Assembly: GCF_006345805.1 (NCBI RefSeq)
Contig: NC_043010.1
Location: 37,944,001 to 38,008,000, forward strand
Reading direction: 5' to 3'
From: Octopus sinensis
Lineage: Eukaryota
DNA: 64,000 nucleotides
Shown here: positions 1 through 12,492 of the stretch, one piece after another
How the letters are laid out: the number at the start of each line of letters is the position of its first letter
Position numbering within the stretch: position 1 is the stretch's first letter
Notes under the pieces: generated by a model
Seen by the model: the letters and a program-made list of their open reading frames with translations, nothing else
Told to the model about the DNA's origin: nothing
Databases searched by the model: none
Made by a program: the position numbers and the translations under genes

Positions 1-205
1 GATGTTGGGGGTCAAACACAGACACACAAACATATATATACATATATACGACAGGCTTCTTTCAGTTTCCATCTACCAAATCCACTCACAAGGCTTTGGT
101 TGGCCCAAGGCTATAGTAGAAGACATTTGCTCAAGGTGCCACGCAGTGGGACTGAACCTAGAACCATGTGGTTGGTAAGCAAGCTACTTACCACACAGCC
201 ACTTC
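1..205 (-). mobile_element. SINE family A (GGCTGTGTGGTAAG... head), truncated by window edge
   Basis: Reverse complement of the head and body seen in about 20 other copies here (e.g. 19208-19612). Confidence 0.85.
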
Positions 206-462
206 TGTGCCTATATGCCCATAAATTTAATGAAGTCTTAAAATTTTACTGTATTTAGATTAAACATTATGGTAAGCTTTCACAATCTGGAAGAGAACAA
301 CAGTATGTAACTGTTAGCTACAGGAGTTGACTACCTGCTGAACCTATCGTATGATCAGTCAGATGCTTCCCGGTGAGTTTATGTCCAAACAAGCCGGAGG
401 AGGTTTTGTATTGCAAAAACGCAACCAGGGGTATATATGGGTTAATATTTATGTACCTGTAA

Positions 463-672
463 GGCGGCAAGCTGGCAGAATCATTAGCTCGCTGGGCAAA
501 ATGCTTAGTGGTATTTCATGTCTTTACATTCTGAGTTCAAACTCCACTGAGGTTGACTTTGCCTTTCATCCTTTCGGAGTTGATAAATTAAGTACCAGTT
601 GTGTACTGGAGTAGATCGAATTGACTGGCGCCCTCCCACCAAAATTTTGGGCCTTGTGGCTAGAGTAGATAA
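463..672 (+). mobile_element. SINE family B (GGCGGCGAGCTGGCAGAA... head)
   Basis: Matches about 25 other copies in the window; ends ...GCCTTGTGGCTAGAGTAGA. Confidence 0.85.
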
Positions 673-1012
673 GACTGATGAGAGTAAATATTGTAATGTA
701 TTTGATCCATTTCCCCTCGTGTTTCGGCTTTCTCTGAATTGTAGGACTTTTACTTCTTCTGGCCCCTCCCCACCTTCACATTCTTTTACTGCTATAATAA
801 CATCTGGGGTGGGTGGATAGGCAGGGTAGGTGCGTTGGATAGAATCTGTTGTGATGTTCATTCTGACTCTGTACTCTGAGTTCAGATCATGATAGGTTTG
901 ACTCTTTCTCTTCTTCCTCTTTTTCTTTCTCCTCCTTAAATTGGCTGTAGATTGACCTGGAAAAAGATGCGCTCCATCAAGTTGAGAAAATGCAGAAGAC
1001 CTCCTTGGCAAA
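672..1012 (-). CDS. Candidate coding exon of an unidentified gene (polybasic RRRKKKRKKRK, YPAYPPTPDVII)
   Basis: Non-repetitive open frame of about 113 codons inside ORF 505..1062(-), with protein-like composition. Possible acceptors are TCTCTATTTGCCAAG (near 1012) and CATCTTTTTCCAG (near 957). The ORF's two ends are microsatellite- and SINE-derived, and no family is recognised. Confidence 0.3.
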
Positions 1013-1203
1013 TAGAGACACATACTTGCCTGCACATAAATACACCTATGTGTATGAAACATTCTTGTTTACACGTATTTGTAAACAAATATTCATATGC
1101 ATATGTGCATACACACATGCACACATATATATGAAACATACTTGTATCTGCACACACGTGTGCACGCATATATATATATATATATATATATAGATATATA
1201 TAT

Positions 1204-1235
<32 letters not shown>

Positions 1236-1237
<2 letters not shown>

Positions 1238-1622
1238 CATGGAGTATATTTGCCACTTAAATGTGGCTAACCCTTAAGGGTTGATGCTACTGTAGTTTGT
1301 AGCCCCAGGAAGTCATCTCCTCCAGCTGGCTATTGACACACTACCTGTGCCCTATCAGTATTCGCAAAAGGAAGTCATCATTCCCATCTCCAACCTGACG
1401 CAATACACACGGACCCGAGTTTCTGAGTATTGACCCGTCATCAGCGTGTGACAACCACCAATTGGCAGTGGGAAGTGATTCTCAATGCAAAAATATATAT
1501 ACTTTTTTCCAGATAGTGTATCAAAATCCAGCTGGAGGAGATGTCTTCCTGGGGCTACAAGCTACAGTAGCATCGCGCCCTTTGGGATTAGCCACATTTA
1601 GGTGGCAAATATACTTCATGAT
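1236..1622. mobile_element. Foldback element with ~95 bp terminal inverted repeats and a central hammerhead ribozyme
   Basis: 1236-1329 is the near-perfect reverse complement of 1528-1622; abuts a (TA)n tract on the left. Confidence 0.85.
1406..1450 (-). ncRNA. Minimal type I hammerhead ribozyme
   Basis: Minus strand reads CACACG-CUGAUGA-CGGGU caau ACUCA-GAAA-C ucgg G-UC-CGUGUG: 6 bp stem I, intact core, GUC cleavage triplet, C.A mismatch at the base of stem II. Confidence 0.85.
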
Positions 1623-1624
1623 GT

Positions 1625-4600
1625 CATGCGGCTACTGTTTATATCTCACTCAGAGATTTATTATTGCTTTTGTTCTCACCCCCACCACCAATACCAGTAT
1701 ACCCTGTTCTCACCATCTACACCGGATACGCCCTACTCCCTCCTCCTCCCCCCTTCACTGTGAAAAGACAAGCTGCTAGCGACATAGCTCATCAACTGCC
1801 CACCGGTCTTTGCTTCCTCCTGACACTGCCTCAATCCGACCATCCCCTTTTAGTACCCTCCCGCCTCGTAATATCCTACGTTTTTTTATTTCTTACGAAC
1901 CTACACCAATCCTTCCTGTCATCGTTCCTCCTTACCCCAACCTTCCCCTCTGGTTGCTCCCCTATACTACCCGCCTCAACTGGACCCCCTCCCCAACTCA
2001 ACTTTAGAATATCTGTATTTCTTTCCTCTACCTAATTACGTTACTCAGTGACGATAACGAATGTCCACTGCTAACACCAGCTCCTGCCCACGGCGTAGTC
2101 AGGTTAGAAGAGAGATCAAAAGAAAAATACCACGAAAACTATCACCACACAACAGCCCTCCTCTTCTCAGGCGCCGAATCCCCCGTCCCCCCCACATCTC
2201 CTTCCAAGTTTTCAGAGTTGGCACTATCAATGTTGGTACATTGACAGGCAAGTCTAGTGAGATTGTAGAGATGCTAGAGAGAGACAGGTTGATGTATGCT
2301 GCATACAAGAGGTAAGATGGAGAGATGCTTCGGCTAGGGTCCTCACGGGTAAGGCACTTAGGTACAAACTCTACTGGCAAGGTAACGCGGAAGGTGTAGG
2401 TGGTGTAGGCATTCTCCTCGCGGAGGAATGGGTGGATAAGGTCATAGAGGTTGTCAGGGTTTGTGATAGAGTGCTTAAGCTCAGGTTGGTCCTACAGGGT
2501 GGCACAGCTATGATTATCTCAGCCTATGCCCCACAAGCGGGACTACCAAATGTTCAGAAGGACAACTTTTATGATACCCTTCTGCAGGCTACTTCAAAGA
2601 CTAGTAACAAGGACCTCATCTTTGTAGGTGGAGATTTTAATGGGCATGTTGGGCGGGAATCGGGTATCTTCACTGGGGTACATGGTGGCTATGGTATTGG
2701 CACCAGAAATGATGAGGGAACTAGACTGCTGGAATTCTGTGATGCATGTAACCTTTCAATTTGCAACACTAACTTCAAGAAGCCAGTCTGCCACCTTATA
2801 ACTTATCAGTCAGGAGACTCCGCTAGCCAAATAGACTTCATCCTCACCAGACAACGGGATGCAGGGTTGCTCTTGAATACAAAGACCCTCCCGGGTGAAG
2901 AATGTATCCCTCAGCATAGACTAATCATCAGTGACTTTAAGCTTGAGGCCAGAAGGACTCCAAGAAACAAACCAATCCAGAAAAGAAGGATTTGGAGGCT
3001 AAAGAACCCTTCGCATGGTCAGAAATTTAGGGACATACTCATCAAGAATTTGATGAGAGGGAGGAGGAGCTTCAGACGTCAGACATAGAAGGTAGCTGGG
3101 AATTCCTACGGGACAGCTTGTTGAGTGCCACAGACCAAGTCTGTGGATGGTGCAAAGTCCCTTCCAGACCTAGAATTACGTGGTGGTGGAATAGTGCAGT
3201 AGATAAAGCCATCTGTGAAAAGAGACGGGCCTGAAAGCCTGGAAGGATGGGGGCAGCAGGGAACTGTACCAGATAGCCAAAAGGGAGGCTGGGCGGCAGG
3301 TCTACATTGCCAAGATGTAGGCAGAAGAGAGAAGAAGAAGCAATGCCAATGCTCCAGCGTCGCGAGGATCAAAGAGCCGAAGTATTTCGGATTGCCAGAC
3401 AGTGTGTCAGAGAAAATAGCGATGTTATAGGAGAGAAATGTGTCCGCATGTGATGGGGCACTTGCTTTTACTACTAGTGAAAAGAAAGAGGCTTGGAGAA
3501 GCCATTATGAAAGACTGCTGAATGAGGAGAATGAATGGGAGGAGGAGAGCCTGCCAAATGTTGACCCAGTAGAGGGACCAGCTACCCGAATAGACAGCTC
3601 CCTTGTAGATAAGGCAATTAAGGATATGAAACCAGGCAAAGCCCCTGGCCTATCAGGAATCACTGCTGAGATGCTTAAAACAGCTGGCTATGTGGGTTAT
3701 GCCATAGTCACCCGCATTGTAAACCAGGTAGTTCACAATGGAGTCATACCCAATGACTGGTGCAGCAGCACCATAGTAAACTGCTACAAGGGTAAGGGTG
3801 ATGCTCTAGATAGAAATAACTACAGAGGCATCAAACTGTTGGACCAGGTGATGAAGGTCTCAGAGAAGGTCATAACCAATCTCATTAGGGAGAGAATTTG
3901 TTTAGATGAAATGCAGTTCGGTTTTGTACCAGGTAGAAGCACCACTGATGCTATATTCCTGGTCCGACAACTGCAGGAGAAGTACCTAGCTAAAGATAAA
4001 CCCCTCTACATAGCTTTTGTAGACTTGGAGAAAGCCTTTGACAGGGTTCCCCGTTCCCTTATCTGGTGGTCGATGCGGAAACTGGAGATTGAAGAATGGC
4101 TAATAAGGGCTGTTCAGGCTCTATACAGAGAGGCTGTCAGCAAGGTTAGGATTGGCAACGAATATAGTGAAGAATTCCGGGTAGAAGTAGGTGTGCACCA
4201 GGGCTCAGCCCTCAGTCCCCTTTTATTCATCATAGTCCTTCAGGCAATAACAGAGGAATTCAAAACGGGATGCCCCTGGAGCTCCTCTATGCCGATGACC
4301 TAGCTCTCATAGCAGAATCACTACCGGAACTAGAAGAGAAATTTCGGGTGTGGAAGCAGGGTTGGAATCAAAGGCCTTAGAATAAATGTAGCAAAGACCA
4401 AAGTATTAGTAAGCAACAAGAGGTACTCAGCACACATCCCCTCGGGTAGGTGGCCCTGCTCAACCTGTAGGAAAGGTACAGGTAGAAACTCCATAAGATG
4501 CACCCAATGTAAGTTATGGACACATAAGAGGTGCAGCAACATTAAAGGGAAATTAACAGATAAGATAGTTTTCATGTGCGGCAGATGCACAGGGACAATA

Positions 4601-5607
4601 GACACAACAGACACTCAGAAAACAGATTCCATCACACTCCAGGGAGAGAAACTAGAAGTAGTTGATAGTTTCCGCTACCTGGGTGACCAAGTTAGTAGCG
4701 GAGGTGGATGCACAGAGAGTATCACCACTAGAATACGAATAGCCTGGGCAAAGTTCAGAAAGCTCCTACCCCTACTGGCAACAAAAGGTCTCTCCCTCAG
4801 AGCAAAAGGTAGATTGTATGATGCATGTGTGCGAACTGCCATGCTTCATGGTAATGAAACATGGGCTGTGACTGCAGAAGACATGCGTAGACTTGAAAGA
4901 AATGAAGCTAGCATGATCCGCTGGAGGTGTAGTGTCAGTGTGCACGCAAAACAGAGTGTAAGTATCCTGAGAGAAATGCTGGATATAAGAAGCATCAGAT
5001 GTGGTGTGCAAGAGCGACGCTTGCGATGTATGGTCATGTACTGCGGATGGATGAAGAGAGATGTGTGAAGAAGTGCCACTCCCACAGTTGAAGGTATCAG
5101 GGGGAGAGGTAGACCCAGGAAGACATGGGATGAAGTGGTCAAGCATGACCTCAGAACATTGGGCTCACTGAGGCAATGGCGAAGGACCGAGATCTCTGGA
5201 GATATGCTGTGACTACAAAGACCCGGGCTGCTTTCTGCAGCAATTCCACATACCCCCTACCCATTCTAAGTACCCCGGATCCCCAAAGTACCCTGGATCC
5301 CCAAAGTACCCCGATCCCCAAAGTACCCCGGACCTCGTTGCCCCCCGTGCCGCTGACACGTTAAAATGCTCGAACCGATCGTGACGATGCCGGACCCTCC
5401 GGCCCTGTGCAGGTGGCACGTAAAAAGCACCCAATCCACTCACGGAGTGGTTGGCGTTAGGAGGGCATCCAGCCGTAGAAACTCTGCCAGATTCAGACTG
5501 GAGCCTGGAGCGGCCCCTGGCTTCCCAGACCCGGTCGAACCGTCCAACCCGTGCTAGCGCGGAAAGCGGACGTTAAACGATGATGATGATGATGATGATG
5601 ATGATGA
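1625..5607 (+). mobile_element. Near full-length RTE-clade non-LTR retrotransposon, inactivated
   Basis: Pyrimidine-rich 5' leader, APE endonuclease, RT, 3' UTR and (TGA)n tail at 5579-5607. The 3' end is shared with many short copies in the window. Confidence 0.95.
2061..5230 (+). pseudogene. RTE ORF (APE endonuclease + reverse transcriptase + PHD-like Cys/His finger), several frameshifts and stops
   Basis: Motifs VGTINVGTL, GGDFNGHVG, SQIDFIL, QFGFVPGRST, FVDLEKAFDRV, GVHQGSALSP, LYADDL (ctctatgccgatgac near 4285) and FRYLG. C-x2-C...C-x2-C...H-x2-C...C-x2-C at about 4455-4590. Split over ORFs 2061, 2432, 3440 and 4574. Confidence 0.95.
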
Positions 5608-7107
5608 TATATATATAATTTTGAAGATTTATCAAAAACAGAGCAAATGAAAAATTTAGCAAAAACATAACAAACGGAATATCCGTAGCTAATTCCTTGT
5701 CAGTCAGAGTCCAAAAGATCCCTACAATTTTGCGCCTTTTTATTTTTGATATTGTTCACTCTCAGTGGTGCCATTGGCAAAAAGCCACTGGGAATAGCTA
5801 GCTAACGAACGTACAGGACAATCACGAAAGCAAACATGACAAAATAAAATAGCTATAATAATTGTGCATACATGCATAATACATACATAATATATATATA
5901 TATATCTATATATATATATATATATCTTGTTTACTAGGGAAAGTGCTTTATTCATGTTGTAGAGTTTATGTTTATTAGGAATCAGTTAATGATTCCCTTT
6001 GTTGCTACTCAAAGTTTCATGTCATATGCACTCAGCCAATATTATAAAATGCACACACATGAACATTCTCTGTCTACATGGATACAGTCGTACATGGACT
6101 TCAAACAATAATGATGGTGATGTGTAAATATTTGTGCATGTGCACACACACACACACACACACACAAGTGCATGCATGAGGCAGCGAGGGCGATAACATG
6201 TTTGTGGTTATTTGCATTTATTTGTGTTATAGTTGTTGTTCTTGTAGACCCATCTTATCATCATCATCATCGATTAACGTCTGTTTTCCATGCTGGCATG
6301 GGTTGGACAGTTTGACTGAGGTCTGGAGTTTCTACAGCTAGATGCCCTTCCTAACACCAACCACTCTGAGAGTGTAGTGGGTGCTTTTTACGTGCCACCG
6401 ACACAGGGGCCAGTAAGGTGGTGGGCCTGGCAATGATCACATTCGGATGGTGCTTTTTACATGCCATTATACATTTTTTAAAAAAAGGGTCAAAGCTCAC
6501 TTGGAAGCTATAGGCTGATAAGACCAGTTTCCCAGATTCTGTGGCATATGTACCCCGACTGGACGGGATGGTGGTCTGTCATGGGATTACTCATTTTTGC
6601 CAGCTGAGTGGACTGGAGCCATGTGAAATGAAGTGTTTTGCTCAAGAACACATCACATTGCCCTGTCCAAGAACTGAAACTACAGTCTTATTATCCTAAG
6701 TACAACACCCTTAACCGCTAAGCTGTGCATCTCCACCATATTATCCATTGGCAATAAGGAAATAAAGGCAGATGAAGTAAAAAAAAATATAATAAAATAA
6801 AGGAAAACAAAATAATGACAAAGATGAGGATAAGGATGTAGTGGTAATAGAATTAGCAGTAGTAGTAGTAGTAGTAGTAGCTATCATATTATGATGAAAT
6901 CTACTCCCTGAAACCTTTCAGAATTTCCCAGCAAACCAATTTATCATTCTACTTTCAAACTATTTATATTCACTAATTGCTTGCACAGACCATCATAACT
7001 TTCCCTCAGATCTGACTGTTTACTTTGATATTTATGACTTTACCTTGATGGGTGCATTTTGGGTGAGGTTTTTTATTTTTGTTTTTGTGGTAACTGTTTT
7101 CCTATTA

Positions 7108-7138
<31 letters not shown>

Positions 7139-8381
7139 CTATAGGTAGGTGTTTGCTTGTGGTAAGGTTTTGTGTGTGTGTGTGTCTGTGTTGTAATTGT
7201 AACTAATCCTATCATTAGGATATAACCAGGCATATCTATACATGTCTTGTGTACCTGCTTGCATGTATGTTGTGTGTGTATATATGTGTGTGTGGATATA
7301 TGTATGCATATATATGTGGATATATATGTATGTGTAGATATATGTATACATATATTTGGGTGTATCATCATTGTCGTCATCATCATCACCATTTAACGTC
7401 CATTTTCCATGCTGGCATGGGTTGATGTCTGTAGATGTATGTTTGTGTATATATATATTAGATAAGTATATATGAAAGTGTAAATGCATATGTATATAAG
7501 TATATTGATATTTGTTAGTATATGCATGCATGTGTGTGTATACATGTTTTTATACACACACACATACACACCCACATTCATATACTCACTAATATAAATA
7601 GTGTACTTATGTCTGTATATACTTATGTATGTTTGCAGGCATAAATGTATAAATCTATGTAAATAAATATCAGAATGCACAATGTTTCTTCCTCTCCCTC
7701 TTTCTCTCTCTCCCTTTTTCTTCTCCCCCCCCCCTCTCTCTCTCTCTTACCATCTACTCACAATTTTTCCAACTGCAGAAAATATTCCAGAACTTCTCGA
7801 TATTGTCTTGAATCATCAAAAATTCTTTCTTTTCCCCTTTATTTATGCATTTACCTTTTTTCCTTTTGTTGTTTGTTCTGCTTGTCCCCACTCCCTACTG
7901 AGATGATCTTAACTATTATCAAAACATGATAGATTAATTAAAGCGAGATTGCTACCCCACTTCTACTCGGTTACAAAACAAAACAAAACAAAGACAACAA
8001 AAAACAAAACAAAACAGCAAAAAAACTAGGTCAGCAGGGTGGGGGTGGGGGAGAAATCCACCTGGTTTACAAAAGTAATAGTAAGCACTTGTAATAATGT
8101 TCTATTATCTGTTTTACGTTTTTAATTTCATTTTGTAAATTTGCTTTGCTCTTCATTTTGGTATTATATTTTTAATTTTTACAGTTGATATCTTGTCAGC
8201 AACTGTAGTGACTATGTATACAACCCCCCCCCCACACACACACACACACGCACACTCATTTATCTTATTTATTTAAGCACTGTCATATCTTGTTCTTCTA
8301 TCTACATATCTACCTATCCAACTATCTAATTCTAACCCTACCTCTTTTTCTCGTATCTGTTATGTTCAGAAGCACAAAGCA

Positions 8382-8792
8382 TGGCTGTGTGGTAAGAAGC
8401 TTGCTTCCCAACCACATGGTTTTGGGGTTGAGTCTCATAGCATGGCACTTTGACCAAGTGCCTTCTACTGTATCCATGAGTATGGATTTGGTAGACACAA
8501 GCTGAAAGAAGCCTGTCGTGGCTGTGTGGTAAGAAGCTTGCTTCCCAACCACATGGTTTTGGGGTTCAGTCTCATAGCATGGCACTTTGACCAAGTGCCT
8601 TCTACTGTATCCATGAGTGTGGATTTGGTAGACACAAGCTGAAAGAAGCCTGTCGTGGCTGTGTGGTAAGAAGCTTGCTTCCCAACCACATGGTTTTGGG
8701 GTTCAGTCTCATAGCATGGCACTTTGACCAAGTGCCTTCTACTGTATCCATGAGTGTGGATTTGGTAGACACAAGCTGAAAGAAGCCTGTCA
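8382..8792 (+). repeat. Tandem array of three 137 bp internally deleted SINE-A heads
   Basis: TGGCTGTG starts at 8382, 8519, 8656 (and 8793); the units differ by only about 2 nt. Confidence 0.9.
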
Positions 8793-9165
8793 TGGCTGTG
8801 CAGTAAGAAGCTTGCTTCCCAACAACATGGTTCCGGGTTCAGGCCCACTGCATGGCACCTTGGGCAAGTATCTTCTACTAAAGCCTTGGGCTGACCGAAG
8901 CCTTGTGAGTGGATCTGGTAGACGGAAATTGAAAGAAGCTAGTCGTATATATGTATATGTTTGTGTGTCTGTGTTTGTTCTCTCAACATCGCTTGACAAC
9001 TGATGCTGGTGTGTTTACATCTCCTTAACTTAGCGGTTCAGCAAAAGAGACTGATAGGATAAGTACTGGGCTTACAAAGAATAGAACCTGGGGTCGATTT
9101 GTTCAACTAAAAGCGGTGCTCCAGCATTGCTGCAGTCTTATAACTGAAACAAGTAAAAGAATAAA
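8793..9165 (+). mobile_element. SINE family A, full length
   Basis: Head, central (TA/TG)n and 3' ...TGAAACAAGTAAAAGA end all present. Confidence 0.85.
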
Positions 9166-9309
9166 AGAATATATTTATATTCTATTTTGTGAAGGTCTTT
9201 TTTTTTTGCCAAATAAACACACACACTATATATATACATACATAAATATATACATATACATATACATACATAATATATACATATACATACATATATATAT
9301 ATTATATAT

Positions 9310-9345
<36 letters not shown>

Positions 9346-9346
<1 letters not shown>

Positions 9347-9559
9347 TTCTTCACTCGTTTATTACTGTTCTTATTTTATTATTTTAACTCATGTTCATTG
9401 TCCAGAAATCTTTCGTCATCACACATCTGTGACCTCTTCAGCGACACTTTTCGTTTTTGTGTGTGTGTTCTCGCTCCACTTTCTGTTTTTGTGTGACAAA
9501 AGATTTCTGTACATGAGTTAAAATGATTAAATAAGAACGGTAATAAACAAGTGAAGAAA
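9346..9559. mobile_element. Foldback element with ~70 bp inverted arms carrying a hammerhead
   Basis: 9346-9418 is complementary to 9494-9559; preceded by a long (TA)n, with another (TA)n at about 9647. Confidence 0.75.
9399..9446 (-). ncRNA. Type I hammerhead ribozyme variant
   Basis: Minus strand reads UGUCG-CUGAAGA-G-GUCAC...GAC-GAAA-GAUU-UC-UGGACA: core intact, imperfect stems I and III. Confidence 0.65.
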
Positions 9560-10855
9560 AATAAATGATGACCGTCCCAAAATACAAAAATCTGTTTCAA
9601 CACACGATTTCACATCAGGAATCTTGCAACATAAATTGATAAATGTATATATATATATATGGGCGTGTGTGTTTGTCCCTCACCACTGCTTGATAACTGG
9701 TGTTGGTTTGTTTACATCCCTGTAACTTAGCAGCCAGGCAAAAGAGACTGAATGGAATAGTACCAGACTTCCCTCCCTACCCTCACTTCATCATTCAAGT
9801 TTCACTTGACTAAGACGATGATGATGACTTAACCAAATAGGAATGTGTTTTGTAGGGTTTTTTTTTTAATTTTTAATTTTTATTCTTTTGTTATTTGGTC
9901 TCTGAAATATACTGAGTTCAAATCTTCCAAAGTCAACCTTGTCTTTCATCCTTTTTCACTGCTGGTGGTGGTGGTGAAGAACTAAAGTACTAATAAAGTA
10001 TTGGGGGTGATTTAGTTAATTGGCTAAGCTTCCAATTCAAAAGTTTCAGGCTTGAGCTTATGTTAGAATCATCATCATCACTATTATTTTGAGGGCAATG
10101 GATGATAGATTTGACTTTGTCTTTCACCTGTCAAGAGTCAGAGTCTAGATGAAATAAGTATGAGTCTTGCATACTAGAGTCCTAGAGTCAATAGGCTCCA
10201 CTCCTGCTCCCTTCCTCCACCCTAAATGTTGTAACATTGTGCTTGTGTTATCAAAAAAACCTTTGTATGTTTGATAATAAGAACACTTTAAAATGGAGCA
10301 GTGTGGTGTGGGGGGATGTAACTAGCACCCTCCCACCCACCCCGAAACTAAAACACACCACCACTATACCATCATTCCTCAGCAGTTTCACCGCCAACGC
10401 CACTCGCCTACCCATTCCACCACCACATCCCATCCCATTCCACCGTCACCACCAGTACACCTCCACCATCACCACCATTACATTTCCTCACACCATTTCA
10501 CTACCACCACCATTTCACTACCACTGCCATTCTGTCACTGCCCACTACCCTCCCCCTCCAAGATAAAAAACTCACCCCCTCCACCATTCTATCCCCCTAT
10601 CGCTATTATTCCACCAACAATATCTTCCTCATATCACCACCTGTCTAAAAACACTTATGTGTGAAAGGGTATAAACCTACTTACTGTTTATGACTGTTTT
10701 ATTCTTCTCCTGAAGTCTGTTTCTGTTGGGCCACCTCTCCATTCAATAAAAAAGGAGCAATCAAACAAGCTATTTGTTTACAATGTGAAAACATAGAGGC
10801 TTTGAGAAGAAATGAATTACTTTAAAAGCCAAGTCTCAAAGTGGATACAAGTATA

Positions 10856-11056
10856 TATGAGAGGTGCTGAAAAGTTCCTGGCTTTGGGTAAAAAAAAATA
10901 CAGGAAGATTAGTTTTATTCAATATATTCCTCCCTCAGATATTCACACTTATTACAGTGGTCCTTCATTTTTCCTAAGCCCTGTAGAAAAACTCGGAAGG
11001 TTGGAACTCCAGCCAGGCCTTTCCTTAAAACCAGAAACTTTTCAGCACCCCCTTGT
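10856..11056. mobile_element. Tc1/mariner-type MITE
   Basis: TIRs GGTGCTGAAAAGTTCCTGGC / CCAGAAACTTTTTCAGCACC; sister copies at 11249-11446 and 57985-58202. Confidence 0.75.
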
Positions 11057-11206
11057 GTGTGTGCGTGTGTGTGTCAGCTGAAATTGCGAGGATGATCCGG
11101 TTCTTGACTGAAGATTAGAGGCTTCGAGTGACCCGTCTGTTTTTTGTGTCGTCTATTTGAATGTTTTGCGTTCTTGTCCTATTTTGTATTTTTATATATA
11201 TTTTTT

Positions 11207-11237
<31 letters not shown>

Positions 11238-11248
11238 AACACACACAC

Positions 11249-11446
11249 TGGGTGCTGAGAAGTTCCTGGCTTTGGGTGAAAGAAAATACAGGAGGGTCAG
11301 TTAACTATTCCTCCTCTCAGATTCACACAGTTATTACAGCGGCCCTTCAGTTTTTCTAAGTCTTGTAGAAAGAACTCAGAAGGCTGGGTCTCCAACCAGG
11401 CTTTCACAATACCCTTAAAGCCTGGAACTTTTCAGTACCCACTCGA
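11249..11446. mobile_element. Tc1/mariner-type MITE, second copy
   Basis: Same TIRs and internal sequence as 10856-11056. Confidence 0.75.
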
Positions 11447-12492
11447 ATAATAACATATTATAAATTCCATCCAAGAATTTAAAAAGTACCTTTGGATGTT
11501 AAAAAAAAAAAAGTTGGTCACTTGTGGGCTTTTGGCTACATAAGTTGTTGGTTCATGCTCTGTAAGTAGCCTTCAATTTTTCTTTTTTATGTTTATATCC
11601 ATCTAAAGGTTTCTCAACTCAATATGTTACTTGCTGTTATTATTTATAGCCATATCCACTTTGAAACTCTCTCTTAAAATGATTTATTAAGCCAAACTAT
11701 TTATTAGGCAGGTTATAATTTATATTGATTGCTTTTAAATCTGCTTGTGTGATGCGGTGACAGGCCTCCTCCCTTCTTCTCTCAAATGCATTGTGGAGTA
11801 TTTAAATGACGTTAGCCAACAGGTGTAAAGGGCAGGGCAATGCTAAAGGCTTTTACAGGTCTCTGCCCCCACTTAGGCAGTTAGGACTTCATCAATCTCC
11901 ATTTTTAATATAGCTATAATGAACATAAAGTGAAACATTAAGAAAATGCAAACAAAATTGTGAAGGAGGAAGAAATTGGCTGGGCTATCTGTTATATGTT
12001 CCTAGTTTTCACAGCAGAGTAAACTCAAACGTACCCAAGGCCAGAAACAGGGTAGTGTTTTAAAAGTGGGTGGTATGTTAGAATGATCCTCACTTAGGTT
12101 ATCTCCCTTTCTTTTACGTTTCAAGTTTAAAATGCTCCTATTGGGAATCTGTGAACCAATGAGAGAGCCTTTATATAGTTCACTCAATGTGGCAAAATTA
12201 CCTCATATCAAACCTTTAACCCTTTCACATTTAAACAGGCCAAATGTGGCCCAAATATTATGTTCAAACTAACCAGATCCAGCCTCTTATACCTACCCTA
12301 CTATATCATTCTAAAAACAATCATGTCATTGACCTTTGAAAGATACGAGATAATGTGTGATTAACCCTTTAGCATTGAGATAAGTCTGTCAAATGTAATG
12401 CTTATTTATTCACATTGTTTTGAATTAAAGTCTTTATCTTTAAAATGTGAGACACATCATCATTTAACAGCCATTTTCCATGTTGGTGCATG

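Noticed and set aside
8382-8792. CRISPR-like regular repeats
   Set aside because: Contiguous 137 bp SINE-derived units without unique spacers, in a eukaryotic context with no cas genes.
11757-11830. Short frame LKCIVEYLNDVSQQV as a micro-exon
   Set aside because: It is bounded by stops with weak splice signals; noted only as a possible regulatory island.
12150-12190. CCAAT followed by TTATATAG as a Pol II promoter
   Set aside because: The spacing is too tight, and such motifs are frequent in AT-rich DNA.
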